Origin: Anaerovibrio sp.
Lineage (GTDB): Bacteria; Bacillota; Clostridia; Lachnospirales; Lachnospiraceae
DNA length: 43,139 nucleotides
NCBI GenBank assembly: GCA_963624875.1
Contig: CAVFRZ010000001.1
Location: 1-43,139 of the forward strand
Direction: 5' to 3'
Within the stretch, counting starts at the first letter, position 1, and every line of letters begins with the position of its first letter. The notes under the pieces were generated by a model. That model searched no databases, had not been told where the DNA came from, and worked only from the letters and a program-made list of their open reading frames with translations. Positions 1-9,062 of this stretch are shown piece after piece. The translations under genes were made by a program, and so were the position numbers.

Positions 1-21
1 ATTGATACTATATCTGCCGAT

Positions 22-1062
22 TTATCCTCGCCGTCGAACGCTGTCTCCCTCTTCCAGGCAGCAACTGGTATACAGCTTGCATTTTTCCTTGGCCGGATGC
101 CGGATCTCCTTCAGCAGCAGCTGAATAGTCCAATAGGCCCGTTCTGTATGCGGCACGCGAATAGCAGTTACATGAATCCCCCCCGTAAGATAGCAGGGAA
201 GCGCGTCAACCCCCACCAGGCTCACATCCTCCGGAATGCGAATTCCCAGCTCCTGCGCCGCCATCACTGTCCCCATCGTCACGTGGTAGCTCTCTGTAAT
301 AAACGCATCCGGAAGCTTATGATTCTGTAGATAACTCCGCATTACCTGATGGCATTCTTCCACAGAGCTTCCGACGTTAACAATGTGTTCCCCCGCATTG
401 CTGACATTTCGCCGGTTCATAATATCCAGGAAGCTCTGCTGGCGGCTCACATAGTTATACATGGGCATCGGATTGGAAAGGTACGTGATCTCCTGGTTTC
501 CCTTCGACAGCAGTTCATTTACGGCAAGCTCAATTCCCTGCCGGTTGTCAATGACAACCGCCGGATACCGATCCGTCCCCAGCAGCGCATCATGGATCAC
601 CATTGGCTTGTGAATTTTCGCTAAAACAGGGAGATCCTCCTTCTGCAGCTCTGTCCCGAAAATGATAACTCCCTTCACATCCTCCCGGTTGCATTCCTCC
701 AGCAGCGCTGTCTGATCCTGTTCGCGAAAATCCGCATACACAAGTCCCATGGAGTAGCCGTTTTCCCGCAGATTGCGCACAAAAACCTCATTAACATCCG
801 TCCAAAGGTCCAGCTCCGATCCCTGGATATTCTTCATTCCGTTAATAACCCGTACGACCTTGATCTGCGCCGGTGCCGTTTTCTCCGTGCTCTTTTCCGC
901 CAGCATCTGTGTCAGCGGAATTCCCTCTTCCAGACGCTTCCTGCACTCCTCAATCTCCTGCCTTGTTTTTTCACTGACCCCGGGCTTCCCGTTCAATGCA
1001 AGAGAAACAGTCGACTTCGATATTCCCAGTGCACGTGCAATATCCACTGCTTTTGTTTTCAT
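22..1062 (-). CDS. LacI/GalR-family transcriptional regulator
   Basis: N-terminal HTH (AVDIARALGISKSTVSLALNGKPGVSEKTR) and a periplasmic-binding-like C-terminus (IPEDVSLVGVD). Start moved to ATG 1062, which follows a GGGAGG SD. Confidence 0.9.
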   Translation of the reverse strand: MKTKAVDIARALGISKSTVSLALNGKPGVSEKTRQEIEECRKRLEEGIPLTQMLAEKSTEKTAPAQIKVVRVINGMKNIQGSELDLWTDVNEVFVRNLRENGYSMGLVYADFREQDQTALLEECNREDVKGVIIFGTELQKEDLPVLAKIHKPMVIHDALLGTDRYPAVVIDNRQGIELAVNELLSKGNQEITYLSNPMPMYNYVSRQQSFLDIMNRRNVSNAGEHIVNVGSSVEECHQVMRSYLQNHKLPDAFITESYHVTMGTVMAAQELGIRIPEDVSLVGVDALPCYLTGGIHVTAIRVPHTERAYWTIQLLLKEIRHPAKEKCKLYTSCCLEEGDSVRRRG

Positions 1063-1144
1063 GTACTTTTGCCTCCCGTTTCTCTTGCTCCTTTGCAAAT
1101 CCGTGCGATCCGCCGGATGTTGCTATGGAAATGCTGATGTAATC

Positions 1145-1174
1145 GTACCTATTCGGCATCCATCTCGATTTTCC
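1145..1174 (+). repeat. Left-end fragment of the intergenic repeat family, overlapping the kinase stop codon
   Basis: gtacctattcggcatccatctcgattttcc matches 22469-22498 at 27/30 positions. Confidence 0.7.
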
Positions 1175-2645
1175 GTAGTAAAACCCGGCCAACCGCCTGC
1201 TGCCATCCTTCGTATTTACGTTCCCGGCAATCCGGATCCATCTGCGGCGTATACATCGTTCGCTGCAGATGTTCAAAAATCCGTTCCTCATCATAAATTC
1301 CGGCTGTAATTCCCGCCATGTAGGCTGCCCCCATTCCGGACAGTTCCTGAACGGCAGAAACCGCAACCACCGCATCCGCCATGTTACTTTGAAACTGCAT
1401 CAGATAGGCATTTCCCGTCGGGCCGCCGTCTACCCGCAGCTCCTCCACCGGTCTTTGTGTTTCCTTTCGCATCATTCGCACCAGATCAGTAATCTGATAC
1501 CCAATGCACTCCACACACGCTTTGACAATTTCCTTTTTCCCGGTCGTTCTTGTAATCCCTGTCAGCATACCGGTTGCCTCGCTGTCCCAATACGGTGCAC
1601 CAAGCCCGGTAAACGCCGGCACAAAATACGCCCGGTCCGCAGGATTTGCTTCTCCGGCAAGTATTTCCGTCTCCTTTGCAGAGCCGATCAGCTCCGCACC
1701 ATCCTTCAGCCACGAAATCACCGCACCGGTGTAGTTCAGATTTCCTTCCAAAACATATTCTATTTTACCGTGTCTTCCCCACGCAAGGGACGTAGACAGT
1801 CCTTCCTTCGACAGCACCATGCAGTCGCCGGTATTCATCATTACCGAGGATCCGGTCCCGTAGGTAGCCTTCATCTGTCCCGGTTTCCGGCAGTTCTGTC
1901 CGAACAGCGCGCCGTGGCTGTCTCCCACAACGGCGCAAATCGGAATCGCCTCCGGTAGAAACCCGTCAAGATCCGTAAATCCAAAGACCGAATCCGACAT
2001 GCACACCTCTGCCATGGCGTCCTTTGGAATTCCAAAGGACGATAGCAGCTCCCTATCCCATTGCAGCGTTTCTATATTAAACAGCTGCGTCCTGGATGCA
2101 TTGGAATAATCCGTTTTGAATGCATGCTCCCTTGTAAGGGAGTAGACCAGCCAGGTGTCCATCGTTCCGACTGCCAGTGCTCCCTCTTCCTTGAGACCGG
2201 CCGCCTGCGGAATATTTTCCATCATCCACTGCAGCTTGGCCGCCGGAAAATACGGTGACAGAGGCAATCCGGTTTTTCTTTGAATCGTCTCTGCTTCCTT
2301 TTGATGCCGTGCACATACATCCGCGGCTCTTGCGCACTGCCATACGATTGCATTTCCAAGCGGCTCCCCCGTCCTCCGATTCCACATCATTGTCGTTTCT
2401 CTTTGATTGGATATGCCCAGGGCACAGATCTGTTCCGGAAGAATTCGCGCTTCTGTCGCGACTTCCCGGCATACCGCCAGTGTATTTTGCAGAATTTCGA
2501 CCGGATCATGCTCAACCCAACCCCTATCATTTACAATCTGTCGATGACTTTTGTCCTTTCTTGCCGCAAGGTTTCCCCTGTCATCGAACAAAAGAGCCTT
2601 GGTTCCCTGCGTGCTCTGATCAATAGCCAACACGTATTTTATCAT
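1149..2645 (-). CDS. FGGY-family carbohydrate kinase (glycerol-kinase-like; possible apulose kinase)
   Basis: Motifs LAIDQSTQGTKA, GISNQRETT, TDYSNASRT, KATYGTG and LRVDGG. It has GDSHGALFG where canonical GlpK has GDQQAALFG. Confidence 0.85.
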   Translation of the reverse strand: MIKYVLAIDQSTQGTKALLFDDRGNLAARKDKSHRQIVNDRGWVEHDPVEILQNTLAVCREVATEARILPEQICALGISNQRETTMMWNRRTGEPLGNAIVWQCARAADVCARHQKEAETIQRKTGLPLSPYFPAAKLQWMMENIPQAAGLKEEGALAVGTMDTWLVYSLTREHAFKTDYSNASRTQLFNIETLQWDRELLSSFGIPKDAMAEVCMSDSVFGFTDLDGFLPEAIPICAVVGDSHGALFGQNCRKPGQMKATYGTGSSVMMNTGDCMVLSKEGLSTSLAWGRHGKIEYVLEGNLNYTGAVISWLKDGAELIGSAKETEILAGEANPADRAYFVPAFTGLGAPYWDSEATGMLTGITRTTGKKEIVKACVECIGYQITDLVRMMRKETQRPVEELRVDGGPTGNAYLMQFQSNMADAVVAVSAVQELSGMGAAYMAGITAGIYDEERIFEHLQRTMYTPQMDPDCRERKYEGWQQAVGRVLLRKIEMDAE

Positions 2646-2766
2646 ATGTTTTCATAGGATGATTTCTAAAAGAAGTTCATCCGTTCCTTTCTTTGCTAAA
2701 CAGCGTTTCTGTTCAATGCCCTGCCGGTGAGAAAATATCAAAGCTGCAGACGTACATTTTCGGCAA

Positions 2767-5583
2767 CTATTCCACTTCGCGAAGCAGGGCGTCCAGATGC
2801 TCCCTCTCCTCTTTTGTGGCACGATAAAATGGCGACTCCATCATCTCGTCAAGCGTGCACACCTCATTTGCAAAGGGCAGATTCCCCCTTATAAACTCCC
2901 TTTCCAGAATTTCCCAGGTTTTCGAATTTTCTTTTAGCTCCTGCCAGGAGGAATTCAGGCTGTACACCTTGCGGTAGGGTCGCGTCGGCTCATAAATGAA
3001 CGTGTATTTTCCCGCAGCGACCGTAACGGTCGTATCCACCCCCGTCTGCTCCACACACCGCGGCTTGCAGCCCTCCTTCTCCAACCAGGCAGTAATCTCT
3101 GTACTGTCTGCGTCCGGAAGCACAATGACGGCTTCCGTGTCAAACGGCACTTCAAAAATAAAATGCAACTTTTTCCCTTCCAGTCTCCATTCCGAGCGAA
3201 TCACGCCTGCTGCCGAAGAAAGGCAGGCTGCGGCATGCTGCACGGAATAATCGGGCTGCGGAGACAGAACAAACTTCTTAAACCCGGCAGCCTCTTCCAT
3301 CGGATTGATGCCTGCCATATGGCGAAACATCCATTCCACAATCGATCCGTAGGAATAGTGATTGAGCGAATTCATACCGGTTCCGCTGATCTTTCCGTCC
3401 GGATTGACCGAATTCCACCGCTCCCATATGGTCGTCGCCCCCATAAGAACAGCGTAAAGCCAGCCCGGATATCCCTTTTCCAGCAGGAGATGGTATGCCA
3501 GCCCATTCATGCCGTTTCCGGACAGCACGCGGCACAGATACGGCGTTCCCACAAAGCCCGTCTCCAGATGATAGAAATTCTTTTTCAGTTTATTCAGAAG
3601 GCCTTCTTTTACGCGCTCCCTGTATTTCTCCGGGCACAGCCCCATGTACAACACAACCGCATAGGCTGTCATCGTATCCACAGCAAGGCGTCCGCTTGGC
3701 GTATAGTACTCTCTGATAAAGGCCTCATGAATTTCCTCCGCCAGATGCTTATAGCTTGCAGCATCCTCCATCTTTCCAAGGATTTCTGCCGTTTTATACA
3801 GAATTGTCGTGGACAGATAATAGTATCCCGACGCAATCAGTCCCGTGTCGGTTCTGCCGAATACGCCGCCCGGGCAATCCCCGTCCAAAGCCAGCCAGTC
3901 TCCGTAGTGCTGACCGTCAAGCCACAGCCGCTTTCCGCCGTCTTTATCATCCTCACGCTTTATGTATTCCACCCAGCCGCGCATACTCTTATACTGGCGC
4001 CGCAGGATGCTCTTATCGCCGGAATGCAGGTATACATTCCAGGGAATGATGGTCGCTGCATCTCCCCATGCGGCCGATGTTCCGCCGAGATATCCGCATA
4101 GCGGTGCCACATCCGGTACTCCGCCGCCAAGGCGCTCTTGCTCCATTGCGATATCTCTGCCGTATTTGGTGTAAAAGGCATACGTATCCATAAAGTAGCA
4201 GGCCGTTCCGGAGAAAATCTGCGCATCGCCCGTCCATCCGTAGCGCTCGTCTCTTTGCGGGCAGTCAGTAGGAATATCCAGAAAATTATCCTTCATCCCC
4301 CATTTTGCGTTGTGAATCAGCTGGTTTACCAATTCATCGGATGTGTGAATGCTTCCCCGCTCCTCCATATCCGAATGGATTTCAAGTCCGCAAAAGTCCT
4401 CCGGATTCGGCTCGCCGTCCCATCCCGTCACCTTGACATATCGGTATCCGTAAAATGTAAAATGCTGCCGCACAAGCCGCTCTGTTCCATCCGCAATGTA
4501 GGTGAACTCTGCCTTTGCCTTCCTCAGATTGTCGCGGTAAAAATTACCATCCTGCAGGATTTCCCCGAACTGGAAAAACAGCTTTGTCCCCCTTGGCGCA
4601 TGGCTGTAAAATTCCAGCCATCCCACCATGTTCTGCCCCATATCCAGGACCGTTTCCCCCGCCGGCGTATGTATAACCTCTATCGGGCGAATCTTTTCGT
4701 GCACGGTGATACGCGGAGATAGCCTTGGATACAGCCGCTCATAGTCCAGCTCTATATACCTGACGTTAAACCGCTCACCGGTATCCAGCGTTGCATCAAA
4801 CGTCTCTCCGGGATAAATCCCGCTGTATACCACCGGGCTCTTTCCGGCCGACCATGTATCATCGGTTCCAATAATCTCCTTCGTACCGTCCTCATACCAG
4901 ATATGAATTTCAGCCAGAGCAGCCAACCGGTCTCCATAGTTCTCAAACTTCTTTTTCAGGCCGTACCAGCCCTTATACCAGCCATCTCCCAGCATAATTT
5001 CCAGGTTGTTCTCTCCCTGTGTCAGCGCCGGTTCAAATGTCTGGTACTGCATCCAGCTGTCATAGCTGCAAAAGCCCGGAAGGAGGCACTCATCGCCCTG
5101 CTTTTCACCGTTAAGATAAAACTCATATACGCCCAGACCGATCATATATGCCCGTGCGCGCTTCACCGGTTTATTTAGATGTATAGTCTTCCGGACAACA
5201 GCCTGTACTTCCTTCGGAAGGTCCGGCGTTATCCACCTTCCCTTCCACTGCTTCGACGGTCCCGAAACAGTTTTGGCCGTTTCAAAATATTGAACAGCAC
5301 TCCATGCAGAATCTCCTGTCTCATCTGCGACAAAGACCCTCCAGTAATACCGTGTCAACGGCTCCAGGCATACCGGCAGCTCATATGCCACACTGCTGAT
5401 CGATTCCAGCTCCCCGCTGTCAAACACAGGTGCTTCAAACATCTCCTCCAAAGACACCTGCACCCTTGCCGCTTTCTGTCTCTTTCCTCTGGCCTCCGAC
5501 ACAACATAAGAAACAGTAGGATGCTCCAGATCATATCCCACCGGATTGGTCAGATGATTCACTTTGAGGTGTTCGATTCTCAT
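2767..5583 (-). CDS. Alpha-L-rhamnosidase (GH78), no obvious signal peptide
   Basis: Motifs PTDCPQRDERYGWTGDAQ, YGDWLA, GATTIWERW and MNSLNHY. Start ATG 5583 follows a GGGGAG SD. Confidence 0.9.
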   Translation of the reverse strand: MRIEHLKVNHLTNPVGYDLEHPTVSYVVSEARGKRQKAARVQVSLEEMFEAPVFDSGELESISSVAYELPVCLEPLTRYYWRVFVADETGDSAWSAVQYFETAKTVSGPSKQWKGRWITPDLPKEVQAVVRKTIHLNKPVKRARAYMIGLGVYEFYLNGEKQGDECLLPGFCSYDSWMQYQTFEPALTQGENNLEIMLGDGWYKGWYGLKKKFENYGDRLAALAEIHIWYEDGTKEIIGTDDTWSAGKSPVVYSGIYPGETFDATLDTGERFNVRYIELDYERLYPRLSPRITVHEKIRPIEVIHTPAGETVLDMGQNMVGWLEFYSHAPRGTKLFFQFGEILQDGNFYRDNLRKAKAEFTYIADGTERLVRQHFTFYGYRYVKVTGWDGEPNPEDFCGLEIHSDMEERGSIHTSDELVNQLIHNAKWGMKDNFLDIPTDCPQRDERYGWTGDAQIFSGTACYFMDTYAFYTKYGRDIAMEQERLGGGVPDVAPLCGYLGGTSAAWGDAATIIPWNVYLHSGDKSILRRQYKSMRGWVEYIKREDDKDGGKRLWLDGQHYGDWLALDGDCPGGVFGRTDTGLIASGYYYLSTTILYKTAEILGKMEDAASYKHLAEEIHEAFIREYYTPSGRLAVDTMTAYAVVLYMGLCPEKYRERVKEGLLNKLKKNFYHLETGFVGTPYLCRVLSGNGMNGLAYHLLLEKGYPGWLYAVLMGATTIWERWNSVNPDGKISGTGMNSLNHYSYGSIVEWMFRHMAGINPMEEAAGFKKFVLSPQPDYSVQHAAACLSSAAGVIRSEWRLEGKKLHFIFEVPFDTEAVIVLPDADSTEITAWLEKEGCKPRCVEQTGVDTTVTVAAGKYTFIYEPTRPYRKVYSLNSSWQELKENSKTWEILEREFIRGNLPFANEVCTLDEMMESPFYRATKEEREHLDALLREVE

Positions 5584-5677
5584 TGCCGTTCTCCCCTGCA
5601 CTCATTTCGTTTCCAAAAGGCCCAGCCTGTAAGGAAAATCCGCACAGTCTGGGCCTATCGTTTTGTCTTTTGGAAAA

Positions 5678-5692
5678 GTGCTAAACAATTAC
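5678..5692 (+). repeat. Right-terminus fragment of the repeat family
   Basis: gtgctaaacaattac is the exact reverse complement of 43085-43099. It is followed by the palindrome gctgattaatcagc. Confidence 0.55.
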
Positions 5693-5714
5693 GCTGATTA
5701 ATCAGCATTTCCGC

Positions 5715-6653
5715 TTACTGCCTGCCAAGCTCCTTTTTTATACGCTCTGCAATCCCATCCCCTGTCATGCCGTAATATGCAAAGACTTCTTTTGAGGTTC
5801 CTGTAATCACCGGCTCGTCCGGAAGCGAAATACCGATCACCTTTCTCGGGCAATGCTCTCCGACAACCTTTGCCACCATAGCGCCGAGTCCTCCGTACGG
5901 CGAGTGCTCCTCCACAGTGACAACAAGCCCTGCGCCTTTTGCCTCCTTTATAATCGTCTCCTGATCCAGAGGCTTTACGCAGTACATATCCACAACTCCG
6001 GCAGAGATTCCTTCCTTTTCAAGGAGCTCCGCCGCGGCCTTTGCCGGGTGCACCATCTCTCCGCAGGCAATGATAACGACATCGCTTCCTTCGCTAAGTA
6101 CAGTCGCCTTGTCCATTTCGAACGGACAATTCTCCTCCGTGTACACATCCTCCACCGGATTTCTCCCGACACGGATGTAAGCACATTTTTCATCCTGAAG
6201 AAGCGACTCCATCAGATGCCTTGTCTGATGGCGATCACTCGGAAGATACACTCGCATGTTAGGGATCGCGGACATCGCCGCAATGTCCTGTACCGAGTGG
6301 TGGCTCATGCCCAGTGCGCCGTAGCTGATCCCGCCGGAGATGCCGATGAGCTTTACGTTTGTATCCGAATACGCGCAGTCAACCTTCGCCTGTTCGTAGC
6401 TTCTGGTGGATACAAAGCTGGCCGGAGAGGCTGCGTATGCTTTTTTGCCGCACTTGGCAAGTCCTGCTGCCACGCCAACCAGATCCTGCTCCGCAATGCC
6501 TATTTCCACGGACTGCTCCGGATATGCTTCAAAGAACGGTGACAGTGAAGCAGAACCTCTGGAATCACTGCACAAAACCATAATGTCCTTGTCTTTTTCT
6601 GCGTGCTCCATCAGAACATCACAGATTACCTTTCGATTTGGAATTTTATTCAC
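5715..6653 (-). CDS. Transketolase, C-terminal subunit (AptB-like)
   Basis: Motifs GIAEQDLVGVAAGLA, GMSHHSVQD, VKPLD and EEHSPYGGLG. Overlaps the upstream subunit by 4 nt. Confidence 0.9.
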   Translation of the reverse strand: MNKIPNRKVICDVLMEHAEKDKDIMVLCSDSRGSASLSPFFEAYPEQSVEIGIAEQDLVGVAAGLAKCGKKAYAASPASFVSTRSYEQAKVDCAYSDTNVKLIGISGGISYGALGMSHHSVQDIAAMSAIPNMRVYLPSDRHQTRHLMESLLQDEKCAYIRVGRNPVEDVYTEENCPFEMDKATVLSEGSDVVIIACGEMVHPAKAAAELLEKEGISAGVVDMYCVKPLDQETIIKEAKGAGLVVTVEEHSPYGGLGAMVAKVVGEHCPRKVIGISLPDEPVITGTSKEVFAYYGMTGDGIAERIKKELGRQ

Positions 6654-7477
6654 AGCAGTGCCTCCTTTTGCATCTCCAGATCCTTATAAATCTGCTGCAG
6701 TTCTTCCGCGGACGGCAGCTTATGGTGCCATGCGGCCTTATTTTCCATGACAGGCGAGCCCTTTCCCTTGACGGTATCGGAGATGATGCATGTAGGCTTT
6801 CCTTTGCACCGCCGGGCCGCTTCAAAGGCCGCATCGACCTCGTCCAGATCATTGCCGTCCTTCACTACAATGACGTTCCAGTTAAAGGCTGCCACCTTGT
6901 CTGCCAGCGTATCCAGTGCCATAACATCCTCTGTATTTCCGGAGATCTGCAGGTGGTTCCGGTCAATCACGCAGCACAGATTGTCCAGCTCGTACATAGC
7001 TCCGGACATGAAGCCTTCCCAGTTGGAGCCCTCTGCCATTTCTCCGTCACCTGTCACGACGTAAACACGGTTGCTTCTTCCGTCCTTTTTGCAGGCCAGT
7101 GCCATTCCCACAGCCACCGGAAGTCCGTGTCCTAAAGAGCCGGAATTCATTTCAATTCCGGGAAGCGTATTGTGCGGATGCCCGATGTAGGGCGATCCGA
7201 ATTTCGAAAAGCCAGCCTTCACTTCCTCCAGATCCAGAAAGCCCCTTGCGCACAGGACAGCATAGTATGCTTCCATGGAATGCCCTTTGCTCAGGATAAA
7301 ATAATCCCGGTCCGGATCCTCTGACTTATCCGGCGATACATTCATCTGGCGAAAATACAAATCCGTCAGCACCTCCATTACAGACATATCGCCGCCGATG
7401 TGACCGCCGCCGCCTGCCATGATGATGTCGATTGCATCCTTTCGAAGGTCATAGGCCTTCGCCTTCAGATTTTCCAT
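6650..7477 (-). CDS. Transketolase, N-terminal ThDP-binding subunit (AptA-like)
   Basis: Motifs GHIGG, DRDYFILSKGH, GSLGHGL, GDGEMAEGSNWE and TVKGKG. Confidence 0.92.
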   Translation of the reverse strand: MENLKAKAYDLRKDAIDIIMAGGGGHIGGDMSVMEVLTDLYFRQMNVSPDKSEDPDRDYFILSKGHSMEAYYAVLCARGFLDLEEVKAGFSKFGSPYIGHPHNTLPGIEMNSGSLGHGLPVAVGMALACKKDGRSNRVYVVTGDGEMAEGSNWEGFMSGAMYELDNLCCVIDRNHLQISGNTEDVMALDTLADKVAAFNWNVIVVKDGNDLDEVDAAFEAARRCKGKPTCIISDTVKGKGSPVMENKAAWHHKLPSAEELQQIYKDLEMQKEALL

Positions 7478-7478
7478 G

Positions 7479-8879
7479 TCATTCTCCTCTCAGATACGCC
7501 TTAACATCCTCTTCTATAGGATCATAGAGATCCGGCTTAATACCGATGTATTTGCACGCTTCATACAAAACAGGCACCACATCCTTGTGGATTCCTACGC
7601 AGTGATGAATGTACGGCCCTTCCACGATCTTCGCCTCCAGGCGTTTGATGTTGTCCACCTCCACCCACAGATAGGTTCCCATTCCCTTCGGTCCGTCCAC
7701 ACCCCTGGCATTCCCCAGGAGCAGGCTGTATTCTCCGTTATCGCCGTCAAAGCGTGCCAGTGTCACATCGCCGTGCCTGGCCTCTGCCGTAATCGCACCG
7801 GGATAATCAAAGGCCAATGGATAGGTGATGCAGGGCTTTTGCGCCGCCACCGAGATCGGCCACGGGCCGCAGTGCTGCAGCAGTTCTCCGTTCTCAATGT
7901 CCGGATGCCGTATGGTCCAGTCTGCAAAAAAAACTCTGGTTCCGTCAGCTGCAGCAGCTTCCACCAGCAGTGCCGTAATTGCCCCATGGATATCGGTTTC
8001 ACAGACCATAGGAATCCCTTTTTCGTTTAAAAGTGCATTTGCCGCACACGGCATAATGCCAAGCTCCCCCTGCAGCGCATTCCAGCACTGAATTGCCCCT
8101 GCATTGCAGTGGTATTTGCGGATAAGATTCTCCATCGCAACGGCAAGCCCGGCGATATTCCGAAGCTGTTCCCCGCTCACCTTAATCTCCATGTGCGTCC
8201 GGCAGTATTCCATTGTCTTTCGTACATCGTCCTCTTCCGCAATGCAGCGCTTCACCTCCTCGGTCAGCTCCGGCAGCGGAACCGGCGAAAGCTCAATGCC
8301 GAATTTCTCCAGCAGTTCCCCTTCATTGCACATCGTGGACCAGAAATCAAAGGGTCTGGGGCCGATCTGCAGGATACGAATGCTGCGGAACGTTTTTACT
8401 ACGTTACAGACGGCAAGAAAATCCCGAATTCCCCGTTCGAATACCGGATCCGTCAGCCGGCAGTTGGTGAGATACGTAAACGGCACCTGAAACCTGCGCA
8501 GCACCTTTCCTGTCGCAAATAAGCCGCACTGTGTATCGCGAAGACGCCTTCCCTGCTCATCCGGGCGCTCATCCAACGGTCCCCACAAAAGGACCGGAAC
8601 TCCCAGGTCCTTTGCCAGACGGGCACACTCATACTCCGTCCCGAAGTTGCAGTGCGCCAGCAGCAATCCATCTACCTTTTCTTTTTTAAACTTTTCAACA
8701 ATCTTCAACCGATCATTCTCATCGTACAGCAGTCCCTCCGAATTAATGTCATCGATATCAACAAAATCAACGTTCAACTCTCTCAGACGATCCGCAGTCA
8801 GATCCCGGTATCTCACAGCATCCGGTGCGCTGAAAATACTGCGTCTTGTCGGTGCATAGCCAAGTCTGATGTTTGCCAT
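7479..8879 (-). CDS. L-fucose/L-arabinose isomerase family protein
   Basis: Motifs NFGTE, RDTQCG, AIQCW, CETDIHG, HCGP and GPYIHH. Strong SD GGAGGGAGG. Confidence 0.85.
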   Translation of the reverse strand: MANIRLGYAPTRRSIFSAPDAVRYRDLTADRLRELNVDFVDIDDINSEGLLYDENDRLKIVEKFKKEKVDGLLLAHCNFGTEYECARLAKDLGVPVLLWGPLDERPDEQGRRLRDTQCGLFATGKVLRRFQVPFTYLTNCRLTDPVFERGIRDFLAVCNVVKTFRSIRILQIGPRPFDFWSTMCNEGELLEKFGIELSPVPLPELTEEVKRCIAEEDDVRKTMEYCRTHMEIKVSGEQLRNIAGLAVAMENLIRKYHCNAGAIQCWNALQGELGIMPCAANALLNEKGIPMVCETDIHGAITALLVEAAAADGTRVFFADWTIRHPDIENGELLQHCGPWPISVAAQKPCITYPLAFDYPGAITAEARHGDVTLARFDGDNGEYSLLLGNARGVDGPKGMGTYLWVEVDNIKRLEAKIVEGPYIHHCVGIHKDVVPVLYEACKYIGIKPDLYDPIEEDVKAYLRGE

Positions 8880-8900
8880 ATTCCTCCCTCCTTCTTTTTA

Positions 8901-8981
8901 TTGTTTAAACAAGTGAGTTTACCATGTGTTGTTTTTGTTTATCCGTATAAACTTTATAAACCGTTTTGGAGCTTTTTTCAA
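8901..8981 (-). promoter_or_regulatory. Sigma-A-like promoter of the sugar operon with two palindromic candidate operators
   Basis: TTGAAA(8981-8976)-17 bp-TATAAA(8958-8953). Palindromes GTTTATccgtATAAAC (8937-8952) and TTGTTTAAACAA (8901-8912). Confidence 0.6.
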
Positions 8982-9026
8982 CTGTCGTAATTACTAATTT
9001 CAATCGCCCGCATTTGGTACATATTG

Positions 9027-9055
9027 TTGTTTTCGAACATATGTTCTGCTATTAT
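9027..9055 (+). promoter_or_regulatory. Sigma-A promoter with a Gram-positive LexA (SOS) box in the spacer
   Basis: TTGTTT(9027-9032)-17 bp-TATTAT(9050-9055) with extended TG. CGAACATATGTTCT at 9034-9047 fits CGAAC-N4-GTTCG with one mismatch. Confidence 0.8.
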
Positions 9056-9062
9056 ATTCTCT

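Noticed and set aside
1149..2645. Calling the kinase glpK
   Set aside because: The substrate motif differs (GDSH versus GDQQ), there is no glpF or glpD nearby, and the context is a sugar isomerase/transketolase operon.
3163..4101. 312-aa plus-strand ORF, and similar long shadow ORFs such as 17863-19059, 9000-9800, 9840-10592 and 19844-20584
   Set aside because: They lie antisense to well-supported genes and have no recognisable motifs; such ORFs are expected from codon bias in GC-rich genes.
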